Of a stretch of DNA of 32,000 nucleotides, positions 1-8,100 are shown piece after piece. Within the stretch, counting starts at the first letter, position 1. Every line of letters starts with the position of its first letter. The notes beneath the pieces were generated by a model that searched no databases, was not told where the DNA came from, and worked only from the letters and a program-made list of their open reading frames with translations. The stretch covers positions 480,001 to 512,000 of the forward strand of contig NZ_CP180230.1 in assembly GCF_047555085.1 (NCBI RefSeq). The letters are read 5' to 3'. The position numbers and the translations under genes were made by a program. The stretch is from Candidatus Saccharimonadota bacterium (GTDB lineage Archaea > Nanohalarchaeota > Nanosalinia > Nanosalinales > Nanosalinaceae).

Positions 1-792
1 GATCTGGAGGATGAATACATAGTTGATTTATTCAAATCGCCGAAGGAATCAGATCAGATTGAACTAGAAGAAGAGAACTTAAAGAAAAAAGTTCTACTCT
101 GTAGAGATGATCTAGAGACTGTGAAGGAAAAGGCTCCAAATACCTACGATTATATCGAGTGGGGAAGCAACCAGGAGAGAGAATCTAAGCAGAAAACTTC
201 TGCAGGCACGCCGTGGCCTGAAGTGCCTTCGGTGAACAGTAGATCTCCTGGTTGGTGGGCTATTCCCAATATTGACCCTGTAAATATTTTCATGATCTAT
301 GGAATCAATCAAAGATACATATTTTGGCACAGCGAAGAAGCAAAGATTAGCGACAGAAGGCTGCACATGGCCAATTTAACAACAGATAAGATATCAAGCA
401 AGAAAATTGTTGCTGTGTTAAACTCGACTATTACGCCTTTGATGATCGAGCTGATAGGAAGAAGTAACCTTGGTCAAGGTGCTCTGGACTTTGCAACAAC
501 AGACGCAAATGATATCCTCTTCCCAGATCCTGAAATGATAGATAGTATTGACCTACAAGAGGACACTATAGAAGACTTCTTCAATAGAGAGATAAAAGGA
601 ATTTTCGAAGAAGTAGGTCTTGAAAGAGGAAAGCCAATAAGAGAACAGGAACCAGAAATAAAAGACGATAGAAAGAAAGTAGACGATGCCGTGTTTGATG
701 CGTTGGGGCTTTCTGAGGGTGAGAGGAAGGAGGTTTACTGGAGTGTTGCCGAGTTGGTGAAGGCCCGGCTGGATAAAGCGGAGAGTGTATAG
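1..792 (+). CDS. DNA methyltransferase, C-terminal part (5' end outside window); target-recognition-like region of an N6-adenine / type IIG-like enzyme
   Basis: Frame 1 is open from base 1 into the tracked ORF 121..792. The segment LNSTITPLMIELIGRSNLGQGALDF and the W-rich region before it resemble, from memory, the C-terminal region of gamma-class adenine MTases and type IIG enzymes. No catalytic NPPY/W motif lies inside the window. Confidence 0.55.
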   Translation, partial: DLEDEYIVDLFKSPKESDQIELEEENLKKKVLLCRDDLETVKEKAPNTYDYIEWGSNQERESKQKTSAGTPWPEVPSVNSRSPGWWAIPNIDPVNIFMIYGINQRYIFWHSEEAKISDRRLHMANLTTDKISSKKIVAVLNSTITPLMIELIGRSNLGQGALDFATTDANDILFPDPEMIDSIDLQEDTIEDFFNREIKGIFEEVGLERGKPIREQEPEIKDDRKKVDDAVFDALGLSEGERKEVYWSVAELVKARLDKAESV

Positions 793-795
793 ATT

Positions 796-1005
796 ATGGC
801 TCAAGCTGCTGGACCTCAAAATAGTTTTGAAAGGATTATAGAAGGGATTTTTGCACTCTTTGTGCTGTTTATTTTTGGTACAGAGGTTTTCCCTGAACTG
901 TTGCAGACTCTAGATTATCCTCTTTCGCCTTTCGTCATCTATGGCTCTTTGTTTTTGGCAGGTGTTGCTATTCTCTTGAGTATTGTAGGTGAGTTCTCTA
1001 GATGA
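796..1005 (+). CDS. small membrane protein (69 aa, 2 hydrophobic helices)
   Basis: ATG lies 4 nt after the MTase stop. There are two long hydrophobic stretches, and the stop overlaps the next start (ATGA at 1002-1005). Confidence 0.55.
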   Translation: MAQAAGPQNSFERIIEGIFALFVLFIFGTEVFPELLQTLDYPLSPFVIYGSLFLAGVAILLSIVGEFSR

Positions 1006-1214
1006 TTAGGAACGAGATTTCTACGGGCGCAATTCTGACGATCGTATTTGCAGGTGCGTATATGGCTATTTCTACTATTTGGGGTTCAGAACTTTCCAGT
1101 CTTGGTAAGATGACCTATACTAACACAGTGTTGATTTTCCTTGCTGTGCTTGTATTTGGAGTTGTTAGAGGAGGAAATTATATCGAGAACTATATGACAA
1201 ATAAAAGTGAGTAA
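1002..1214 (+). CDS. small membrane protein (70 aa, 2 hydrophobic helices)
   Basis: Translationally coupled to 796..1005 through an ATGA overlap. Two hydrophobic helices. Confidence 0.55.
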   Translation: MIRNEISTGAILTIVFAGAYMAISTIWGSELSSLGKMTYTNTVLIFLAVLVFGVVRGGNYIENYMTNKSE

Positions 1215-1295
1215 AATTAATTGAGTTTCTATTAACTTCTTCCAAAAATTTGTAAAGGCTTATTGAGGGCCTCTCAGTAGAATAGAAGACTTTAC

Positions 1296-1760
1296 CTAAA
1301 CTTCAGAAACTACAAGTAGAAGATCCGCCAGTATCAGCAGAAGGCCTATTCCGTATATTTCTGCTGAGCTTTTACTCTGGAATTTCCGGTTGGTGACTTC
1401 TTTGTTGTTTAGGCTGGCGACGAGGATTATTACTAGGCCTGCTAGTGATAGTGTTCCTATTCGGTAGGAGAGCGGTATTGAGATGTTTCTGTGGATTACT
1501 GGTGTTGAGAGGCCTCTAAGTAATATGGCTGCAGATATTATTTCTGTTGCTGATGTCTTGGATTGAAAGTTTCCACGGCTCAGGAATGCGTTGTGTCCTG
1601 TAGAGTAGATGAAGGATGTGGCTAGGCCTAAAATAGATCCTGTGATTATCAGAGCCAGGTTTTGGTCTATCCAGGTGATCATATCTGTAGTTTTTAGAGA
1701 AAATTTTTCTTTTATCGTGGCATAAAGGTTGCAAAGATTGTAAATTTCTGCCCTTTTCAT
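1296..1760 (-). CDS. membrane protein, unknown function
   Basis: About 4 hydrophobic segments. The start is ambiguous: Met at 1760 is only 8 bp from the divergent ORF at 1769, and an internal Met (MITWIDQN) at about 1682 is an alternative. Confidence 0.5.
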   Translation of the reverse strand: MKRAEIYNLCNLYATIKEKFSLKTTDMITWIDQNLALIITGSILGLATSFIYSTGHNAFLSRGNFQSKTSATEIISAAILLRGLSTPVIHRNISIPLSYRIGTLSLAGLVIILVASLNNKEVTNRKFQSKSSAEIYGIGLLLILADLLLVVSEV

Positions 1761-1768
1761 TATGGTTT

Positions 1769-2170
1769 GTGAATTATGTAGAGGAGAAGTTTTGGTATCC
1801 GAGTATTGATTATATTGATACTAAGCATTCTGATATTTTGGATGATAATCCGGATAAGTATCCTGGTGAGAAGATTCCTCCAATTAATTTGATTGATGTT
1901 TTACATGAGGCTAGAGTTGAGCCTGGAGTTTATAGAAAGGCTGCTGTTTTGTTTAAGGAGATTAGCAGAAGGCATGTGTATGAGGATGGGAATACTACTA
2001 CCGCAATTCTTATAACAATTGACTTCCTAAATGAGAATAACAGGGAATTTGCTCCTGAAGATCAAGATTTGACTGCTAAGGTTGGCAATAATCATGGCCA
2101 ATTTAAAATTAGCGAAATAGCTGATTTCCTGAAAACAGGTGAGATTAATGAAGAAAGACTCCCAAAATAA
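1769..2170 (+). CDS. Fic/Doc-family protein with degenerate active-site motif
   Basis: HVYEDGNTTTAILI aligns with the Fic/Doc core HxFx(D/N)(A/G)N(K/G)R, but TT replaces the basic residues. It is paralogous to 4542..4931, with similar length and a shared C-terminal ...TG(E/D) tail. GTG start. Confidence 0.6.
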   Translation: MNYVEEKFWYPSIDYIDTKHSDILDDNPDKYPGEKIPPINLIDVLHEARVEPGVYRKAAVLFKEISRRHVYEDGNTTTAILITIDFLNENNREFAPEDQDLTAKVGNNHGQFKISEIADFLKTGEINEERLPK

Positions 2171-2243
2171 GAAGTCTGAATGGCATGAGCATAATAAGAA
2201 GCAGCTTGAGAAGTATGAAGAGCTCGTTGAGAAGTTGAAATAG
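2148..2243 (+). CDS. 31-aa charged helical micro-ORF overlapping the Doc-like 3' end (candidate antitoxin/partner)
   Basis: Hand translation gives MKKDSQNKKSEWHEHNKKQLEKYEELVEKLK. The ATG at 2148 overlaps the last 23 nt of 1769..2170. A second Doc gene carries an analogous micro-ORF with a similar EL..KL C-terminus. Confidence 0.3.
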   Translation: MKKDSQNKKSEWHEHNKKQLEKYEELVEKLK

Positions 2244-2253
2244 AGAAATTTTT

Positions 2254-2730
2254 CTAGTTTTGATTTTCCTCAAATTCCAGGCCTTCTATCTGTATTTCTT
2301 CAAACTCGAAAACTGGTTCTTTGCTTCTGCCTTGGTCTTTTAGGTCTATTATGCCGTGTTGGTAGAGTTTTTTGATGTCTTGTGAGGTGTTTTTCTTGTC
2401 TCTTCCGAGTTCTTCGGTTAGTTCTGTGATTGAGTCGAATTCCTGTTCTGAAAGTGTTTGCAGTAGTTCTCTTCTTTTCTCTGTCAAGAGCTTTTGAGCA
2501 ATTGAAAATTTTAGGATTACAGTTTTTTTCTCTGTTTCTTTGAATTTTTCTTCTATTTCTGATTCTGAGAAGTTCGGTATTTTTTCTTCAGATTCTGATA
2601 TTTTTTGTTCAACTTCTCGTATTTCTTTACCTATATCTAGCTCTGTTCCTTTTAGATCTGTCTTTACATCGTTTAGCTTCTTTTCTTTGTTTTCTTTCTT
2701 TGAGCTGTATTCCATTAGTATCTCCTTCAA
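2254..2730 (-). CDS. winged-HTH DNA-binding protein, HVO_A0114/TumA-like putative antitoxin
   Basis: An N-terminal charged coiled region is followed by LTEKRRELLQTLSEQEFDSITELTEELGRDKKNTSQDIKKLYQHGIIDL...PVFEFEEIQIE. This matches my recollection of the haloarchaeal HVO_A0114 family wHTH. Confidence 0.6.
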   Translation of the reverse strand: MKEILMEYSSKKENKEKKLNDVKTDLKGTELDIGKEIREVEQKISESEEKIPNFSESEIEEKFKETEKKTVILKFSIAQKLLTEKRRELLQTLSEQEFDSITELTEELGRDKKNTSQDIKKLYQHGIIDLKDQGRSKEPVFEFEEIQIEGLEFEENQN

Positions 2731-2823
2731 GTTCTCAAGTTTAGCTAGTAGGTCAGTTTTTTGTCATCTAACTGTCTTTGGTTTGTCTCCTATCTGTCTA
2801 TTGTAAACACAGCTTTTTTATTG

Positions 2824-2840
2824 TTGGTGTTTGACACCAA
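2824..2840. promoter_or_regulatory. perfect 17-bp palindrome TTGGTGT-TTG-ACACCAA, candidate operator
   Basis: Read directly from the sequence. It lies 4 nt upstream of the ATG at 2845, in the divergent spacer between the wHTH gene and the TumE-like gene. Confidence 0.45.
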
Positions 2841-2844
2841 ACAT

Positions 2845-3189
2845 ATGAGTGAGTTGCCGGACGCAGTGGAGGAGAGGTATCCTCTAGAGTATATTGAGGA
2901 GTTAGAGAAGACTCCTATCATATTGATGAAAGGGATTCCAGATATTCAGACGCCTTTCAAGTGGGCTGTGATGCTGGAATCAAGGGAATACAGCCTGGAG
3001 AATGCTTCTACGGAGACACATGAGATCGCAAGGATCGATAATTACCACAAGAATAAGCCAACACATATACACCGTAAGTTTGAGGAAGGAGAACCAGAAG
3101 AAGAGATGCGGCATCTCTCATTCCATGAAGCACGAGAGTATCTAGAAGACAACTGTGAAGAATTCCTGAAGAAATACTTCGAGGAATAA
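2845..3189 (+). CDS. TumE-like (DUF6516-like) putative toxin
   Basis: ARIDNYHKNKPTHIHRKFEEGEP resembles the R-x-DN-x-H...H-x-H core I recall for DUF6516/TumE proteins, which pair with HVO_A0114-type regulators. The start is placed at ATG 2845 because the upstream part of ORF 2761.. is hydrophobic and non-acidic. Confidence 0.5.
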   Translation: MSELPDAVEERYPLEYIEELEKTPIILMKGIPDIQTPFKWAVMLESREYSLENASTETHEIARIDNYHKNKPTHIHRKFEEGEPEEEMRHLSFHEAREYLEDNCEEFLKKYFEE

Positions 3190-3212
3190 AATAGGTCTGA
3201 AATTTGACGAAT

Positions 3213-3272
3213 AAAGTGTAATTTCTCATCTAACACTTTTGGCGGAAAGTGTGAATTCACAGATTACACTTT
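3213..3272. repeat. two tandem copies of inverted repeat AAAGTGT-N13-ACACTTT, the second embedding the palindrome TGTGAATTCACA
   Basis: AAAGTGT at 3213-3219 and 3246-3252. ACACTTT at 3233-3239 and 3266-3272. The 12-bp palindrome is at 3250-3261. Confidence 0.7.
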
Positions 3273-3373
3273 TCGAGTACTGAATAGGAGGGAAGTTACA
3301 GGAATTACGGAGAAGTCGTAATTAGAAGTGTTTCTTTATAAGCTGAGAACGGTGTTTACGGTTTTATCGTAAT

Positions 3374-3769
3374 TTAGCCAATTTCCTTCTCTGTTTTCTT
3401 CAGCAGTCTTTCTGCTGATTTGATGGCTCTGTCGGCGTCTTTCTGAGAAACTGATTTGTTTCTGTACTGGATATCTGTTTTCTCGTTTACGACCCATTTC
3501 TTGACTGAGTCGATGTTTGATTTGAAGTTGTCTGAGATGAGGCCTTCTTCGTAGAGTTTCTGTAGTTGGTTGGCGGTTTTTGAGTGGTCTTGGTTGGTTT
3601 CGCCTCTGTATTCGAGCATGAGTGCGTCGATGGATTTGATCATTGCCATGATGCAGCTGACGATTACAGGATTCCAGGTATCGTTTTCCAAGGCTTTTTC
3701 GTACTGCTTGTTGGCGGCCTCTATGTAGGATTCTGCTTCTTCAAGAGATTCTTCAATCCTCGAACTCAA
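3374..3769 (-). CDS. HEPN domain protein (toxin of a HEPN-MNT pair)
   Basis: A helical 131-aa protein with an Rx6H motif (RGETNQDH). It lies downstream of, and overlaps by 17 nt, a nucleotidyltransferase gene. Confidence 0.75.
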   Translation of the reverse strand: MSSRIEESLEEAESYIEAANKQYEKALENDTWNPVIVSCIMAMIKSIDALMLEYRGETNQDHSKTANQLQKLYEEGLISDNFKSNIDSVKKWVVNEKTDIQYRNKSVSQKDADRAIKSAERLLKKTEKEIG

Positions 3770-4394
3770 GTTCCTCGCCCTCCAGTACTATTCCATCTGT
3801 TTTTACATTGGTTTCGAATCTTTTGCCGTGAACTAGATTGTTTCTGAACTCTTCAACACTTTCTACCACAGGCACTAACTCAAAGTCAAGGTGAAGCTTT
3901 TTCGCTTCTTTCCTGGCTTGTTCTTTGATATCTTCAGTTCCTGTATAACCTTCAACTAGGATCAGAATATCAACATCTGAGTTAGGGCCTGCTGTCCCTC
4001 GAGCTACCGAGCCGAATAAAATGATTGATCTAATCTCATCTTTCAGACCAGAGTTTTCATAGAATTTTTCAGCCCATTCTCTCGCTGTTTCCTCTAGAGG
4101 CGTATTATCCGCTCTTAGAAGTGTTTTGATCACTTCATGATATCTTGAGTCTTGATTGTACTGGACCAGGTATGTGCGGCCTTTTTTCTGGAAACTTACT
4201 ATATCAAACTCCTCTAGTTCTCTCAGAAAATTGTTTACACTGTTGTACGATCCGGAAACTTTCTCTGCTAACTCATTCACTGTGAACATGTAACCTGGAT
4301 TTTCTAGAAGATGCTCCAGAACCTCCTGCTTATAGCCTGAAACAAGCAAATTCATGAAATTTTTTCTTTTAGAGCCTGCCGTAACAGATCCCAT
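3753..4394 (-). CDS. minimal nucleotidyltransferase (MNT) with N-terminal winged-HTH
   Basis: Pol-beta NTase signature in ILFGSVARGTAGPNSDVDILIL (GS-x-x-RG ... D-x-D). N-terminal wHTH: FTVNELAEKVSGSYNSVNNFLRELEEFDIV. The start could instead be the Met at about 4355. Confidence 0.8.
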   Translation of the reverse strand: MGSVTAGSKRKNFMNLLVSGYKQEVLEHLLENPGYMFTVNELAEKVSGSYNSVNNFLRELEEFDIVSFQKKGRTYLVQYNQDSRYHEVIKTLLRADNTPLEETAREWAEKFYENSGLKDEIRSIILFGSVARGTAGPNSDVDILILVEGYTGTEDIKEQARKEAKKLHLDFELVPVVESVEEFRNNLVHGKRFETNVKTDGIVLEGEELEFED

Positions 4395-4541
4395 GATTCA
4401 GACTTCAACTCAAAAATTTAAAAATGTTTGCACTTTTTTGAGCAAGTTCTCAATTTTTTGAATATATCCTCATTTTGTTGAAATAAGTGGTTTTTCGGTA
4501 TTTTGCTAGGCTTAATGAATATGTTCTTCTAAATCGTAAGT

Positions 4542-4931
4542 ATGATTGAAGGCCCCGAGTTAGAGGATTTTCTGGAGGCACATGAGCTGGCAGGACAGGT
4601 CAGTGAGATCCGGACGCCTGGTTTTAAGCAGTCTACTGAGAAAGGTATGAGGAAGTTGGCTGGTGTCGTTAATGATGCAAAGGAGTTTGAAGATCCCTAT
4701 AGATTGGCGGCTTTCATTTTGATTGAGACTATTAATAAGCATGCTTTCAATGATGGCAATCACAGAACTGCATGGATTGTAGCTAAAAAGGTTCTTAGGA
4801 AGAATAAAGAGGAGATGCGGGTAGAGAAGATTAAATCGTTTGATGAAATAGAAAGCGATTTAAAATCCGAGGTTAAATTCAAGGATGTGGATCAAGTTTC
4901 TAGCTGGATCCGCACAGGTGATTTCCAATGA
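4542..4931 (+). CDS. Doc (death-on-curing)/Fic family toxin
   Basis: HAFNDGNHRTAWIVA matches the Doc-type Fic motif HxFx(D/N)GN(K/H)RTA. Confidence 0.75.
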   Translation: MIEGPELEDFLEAHELAGQVSEIRTPGFKQSTEKGMRKLAGVVNDAKEFEDPYRLAAFILIETINKHAFNDGNHRTAWIVAKKVLRKNKEEMRVEKIKSFDEIESDLKSEVKFKDVDQVSSWIRTGDFQ

Positions 4932-5044
4932 CTGAAGCTGTTACAGAATCGGATATAGAGAAGGCGAAGAAGGATTTTGATAGAAGGGAAGAGATTAAGC
5001 AGATTGTAGAGGAAGACAAGGAATTGCTCAAAAAGTTGGAGTAA
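4928..5044 (+). CDS. 38-aa charged helical micro-ORF coupled to the doc stop (candidate antitoxin/partner)
   Basis: Hand translation gives MTEAVTESDIEKAKKDFDRREEIKQIVEEDKELLKKLE. Its ATG (4928-4930) overlaps the doc TGA (4929-4931). It is not in the ORF track because it is shorter than 60 aa. Confidence 0.35.
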   Translation: MTEAVTESDIEKAKKDFDRREEIKQIVEEDKELLKKLE

Positions 5045-5122
5045 TTCAGTTTATTTTCTAAGCCTATTTTGGATTACATCTTTAATTTTTCTGTAAAAAG
5101 AATCATTTATAGGAGATATTTT

Positions 5123-8100
5123 GTGAAGAACCGAGAGATAATTGATAACAGCGAGGGGCGTAAGCTTGTAAGTTTTCTGAGAAATAAGCTTGAGGAGAAT
5201 AAGGACGGCTTTGATGTTGCGACTGCTTTCTTTAACATCGAGGCCTTTTCCATGGTGAAAGATGAGCTTGAAGGGGTAGAAAGATTCAGATTGTTACTTG
5301 GTAAGTCTCCGGAGTTTGAGAATGATAGGACTTTAGCTGATGCTATTCAAGAGTTTATTGAGAGCGATGTTGAAGGACTAGAGTTCTCTAGAGAAAATCA
5401 TGAGGCTGTTGAGGATTTGATCGAGTTTTTGGAGCAGGATAATGTTGAGGTCAGGGTTTATGATGAGAATTTTCTGCATGGTAAGGCCTATATCTGGGAT
5501 GATGAGATTGTAATCGGTTCTTCCAACTTCACTGCCGCAGGCCTTACAACAAATAATGAGTTGAACTCTGTAGGCCCTGCTTCCAAGGCCAGGTATACAC
5601 GTGATGAATGGTTTGAAAAGTTCTGGGAGCTAGCCAGGCCTTTCAATGAAGAGCTTATCGAGCTCCTGGATGAATCCCGTTTCGGTACGGAGGAGTACAG
5701 TCCTTACCAGGTTTTCATGAAGACTCTATACGAGTATCAAAAGGATGACTTAACTCAGGATCTAGGTTCTGAGGAAAGAGGAGAATCTGATATTGATTTG
5801 ACAGAGTTCCAGGAAGACGCAGTAAAACGAGTATTCACTCGTATGGAGAAGTACGGTGGCTGCATGGTTGCGGACTCTGTAGGCCTTGGTAAGACCTATA
5901 TTGCGAAGAGAATGATCGAAGAGTTCGGCTCGATGAGGAAGAAAAATTACTTGATTGTCTCTCCAGCCTCACTTGAAGGTATGTGGACTGAAGAGATGAA
6001 AGATATCAATTTGAGTGAGAATATTTTAACTCAGGAAGCTGTTGCCCGTGATAACTGGGAGAGAAAGGCTGAGAAAGCCACAGGCGGTAATCTTGAAGAT
6101 GTAGAGCTCGTAGTTGTTGATGAGAGCCATAACTTCAGGAATCCGAAGTCTAACCGCTGGGAACACCTATTCACGATACTTAACGAGAAGATTAAAGGCA
6201 AAGATAACAAGCCATATGTTCTTTTCTTGACTGCTACTCCTATCAATAACTCTGTCTGGGATCTTTACTGGCAGTTAATGCTTATGCTGGAGCACAACAG
6301 AGCTGCTTTCATCAAGGAAGGTATTACAGATCTCTACGAGAAATTCCAGGAAGTTGAGGAAGCTGGCGATCCTTCTCTGCTTAACGACGTCTTAAATGAA
6401 ATTTCAGTTAGAAGAACCAGAGAATATATTCAGGAGAATTATCCTGATGCAAGTTATGAGGACGAATACGGAAACGAAATTAAACTGAATTTCCCAGAGA
6501 GAAAGCTTGATGATATAACCTATGCTCTTGATAAATCCTATCAGGGATACTTTGCCGAAATCTCCAGCAAGATTAAGGATGAGTTGACGATGGCCTATTA
6601 CCGCCAGCTGGAGTATAAGGATAAGAAGGAGCTGACTCAGGATGAAGAGCTTGAGAGAGGCCGTATGAAAGGTATGCAGGGAATTTTCGAGAAACTGCTT
6701 TTGAAGAGGTTAGAGAGCAGTGTCGGTGCTTTCAGGAACAGTATCGATAACCATATTGATTTCCTGCAACAGACGAAGCGGCATATCGATGATGGAAAAG
6801 TGATGTCGAAAAGCACATACAGGAAACATATTCTCAAAGTTGAGGAAGAAATTCCAGAGGAAGAGTATAGAGAAGAGCTTGAAAACATTGATTTAGACGA
6901 GTACAAATCCGATGAGTTCCTGGAGGATATCCAGAAAGATATTGAAGTATTCAAGGAAATCAAAGATATGATCGAAGATATAGGTTATGAGGAAGATGCC
7001 AAGATCCAGACTCTGGAAGAAGAACTCTATCAGATGTCTAGAGACGATCAAATTGTTGTATTCGCATTTTACTCCGATACTATCCAGTATATCTACAATT
7101 ATCTCTCTAACTCTGAGAAGTTATCCGATAAGAGAATTGAGATGATTACAGGCGATTCTTCTACAACTGATCGTGAGGAAAAGATTGAGGCCTACAGAGA
7201 AGATAACCTAGATATTATTCTGAGCACGGATGTTCTTTCGGAAGGTCAGAACCTTCAGAAGGCTAAACATTTGATTAACTACGATCTGCACTGGAATCCG
7301 ACTAGGATGATTCAGAGAGCTGGAAGAATCGACCGTATAGGAACTCCTCACGACGAAATTATCATCCATAACTTCTTCCCTTCAGATGAGTTGGAAGAAC
7401 TGCTCGAACTCGTCCAGGTTCTGGAGAACAAGATTTCGGATATTGACCAAGCGGTAGGTATGGACCAAAAGGTCTTGAATGAAGAGATTAATCCGAAGGT
7501 CTTCGGTACTACAAGCTCACTGGATGAAGATACCCTGCAGAGGATTAGAGAGAATGACCAAAGCGTCATGGATGAACTTTCAGACGATGCTCTAGGAGGT
7601 GGTGAAGGGTTCTGGCAGCCTATAAGAGACTACATGGATCAAAGAGCCCAAGAAGAGTTAGAGAAAATCCCTACAGGAATTTACAGCGGCCATAAAGAAG
7701 ATGCAAGAGGAATTTTCTTCTACTACCAGTACGGCGATGACTTCCATTACTGGTACTTCTGCGACCTCGAAAACAACAGAATAATTGAAAATAAATCAGA
7801 GATTCTGAAGCTTATCTCAGTAAATCCTGATGAAGAAAGGAAAATTCCAGATTTCTTCGATAAAGTCTACGATAAAAGTTCAGATGTCAGAGATGAACTC
7901 GAATCTGACTATAAAGCTATTGAGCAGTCCTCTTCCGATGACAAAATGAAAGAGTGGGACAACGAGAGATCCAAGAAGTTCCTGATTAAAATGATAAACT
8001 CCCTGAAAAACCAGATCAGACAACACCTCAGAAAATACCCTGATGACGAGGAAGCGCAGGAACAAGTAAGTCACATCCAGGAGAAACTGAAGAAAATCAC

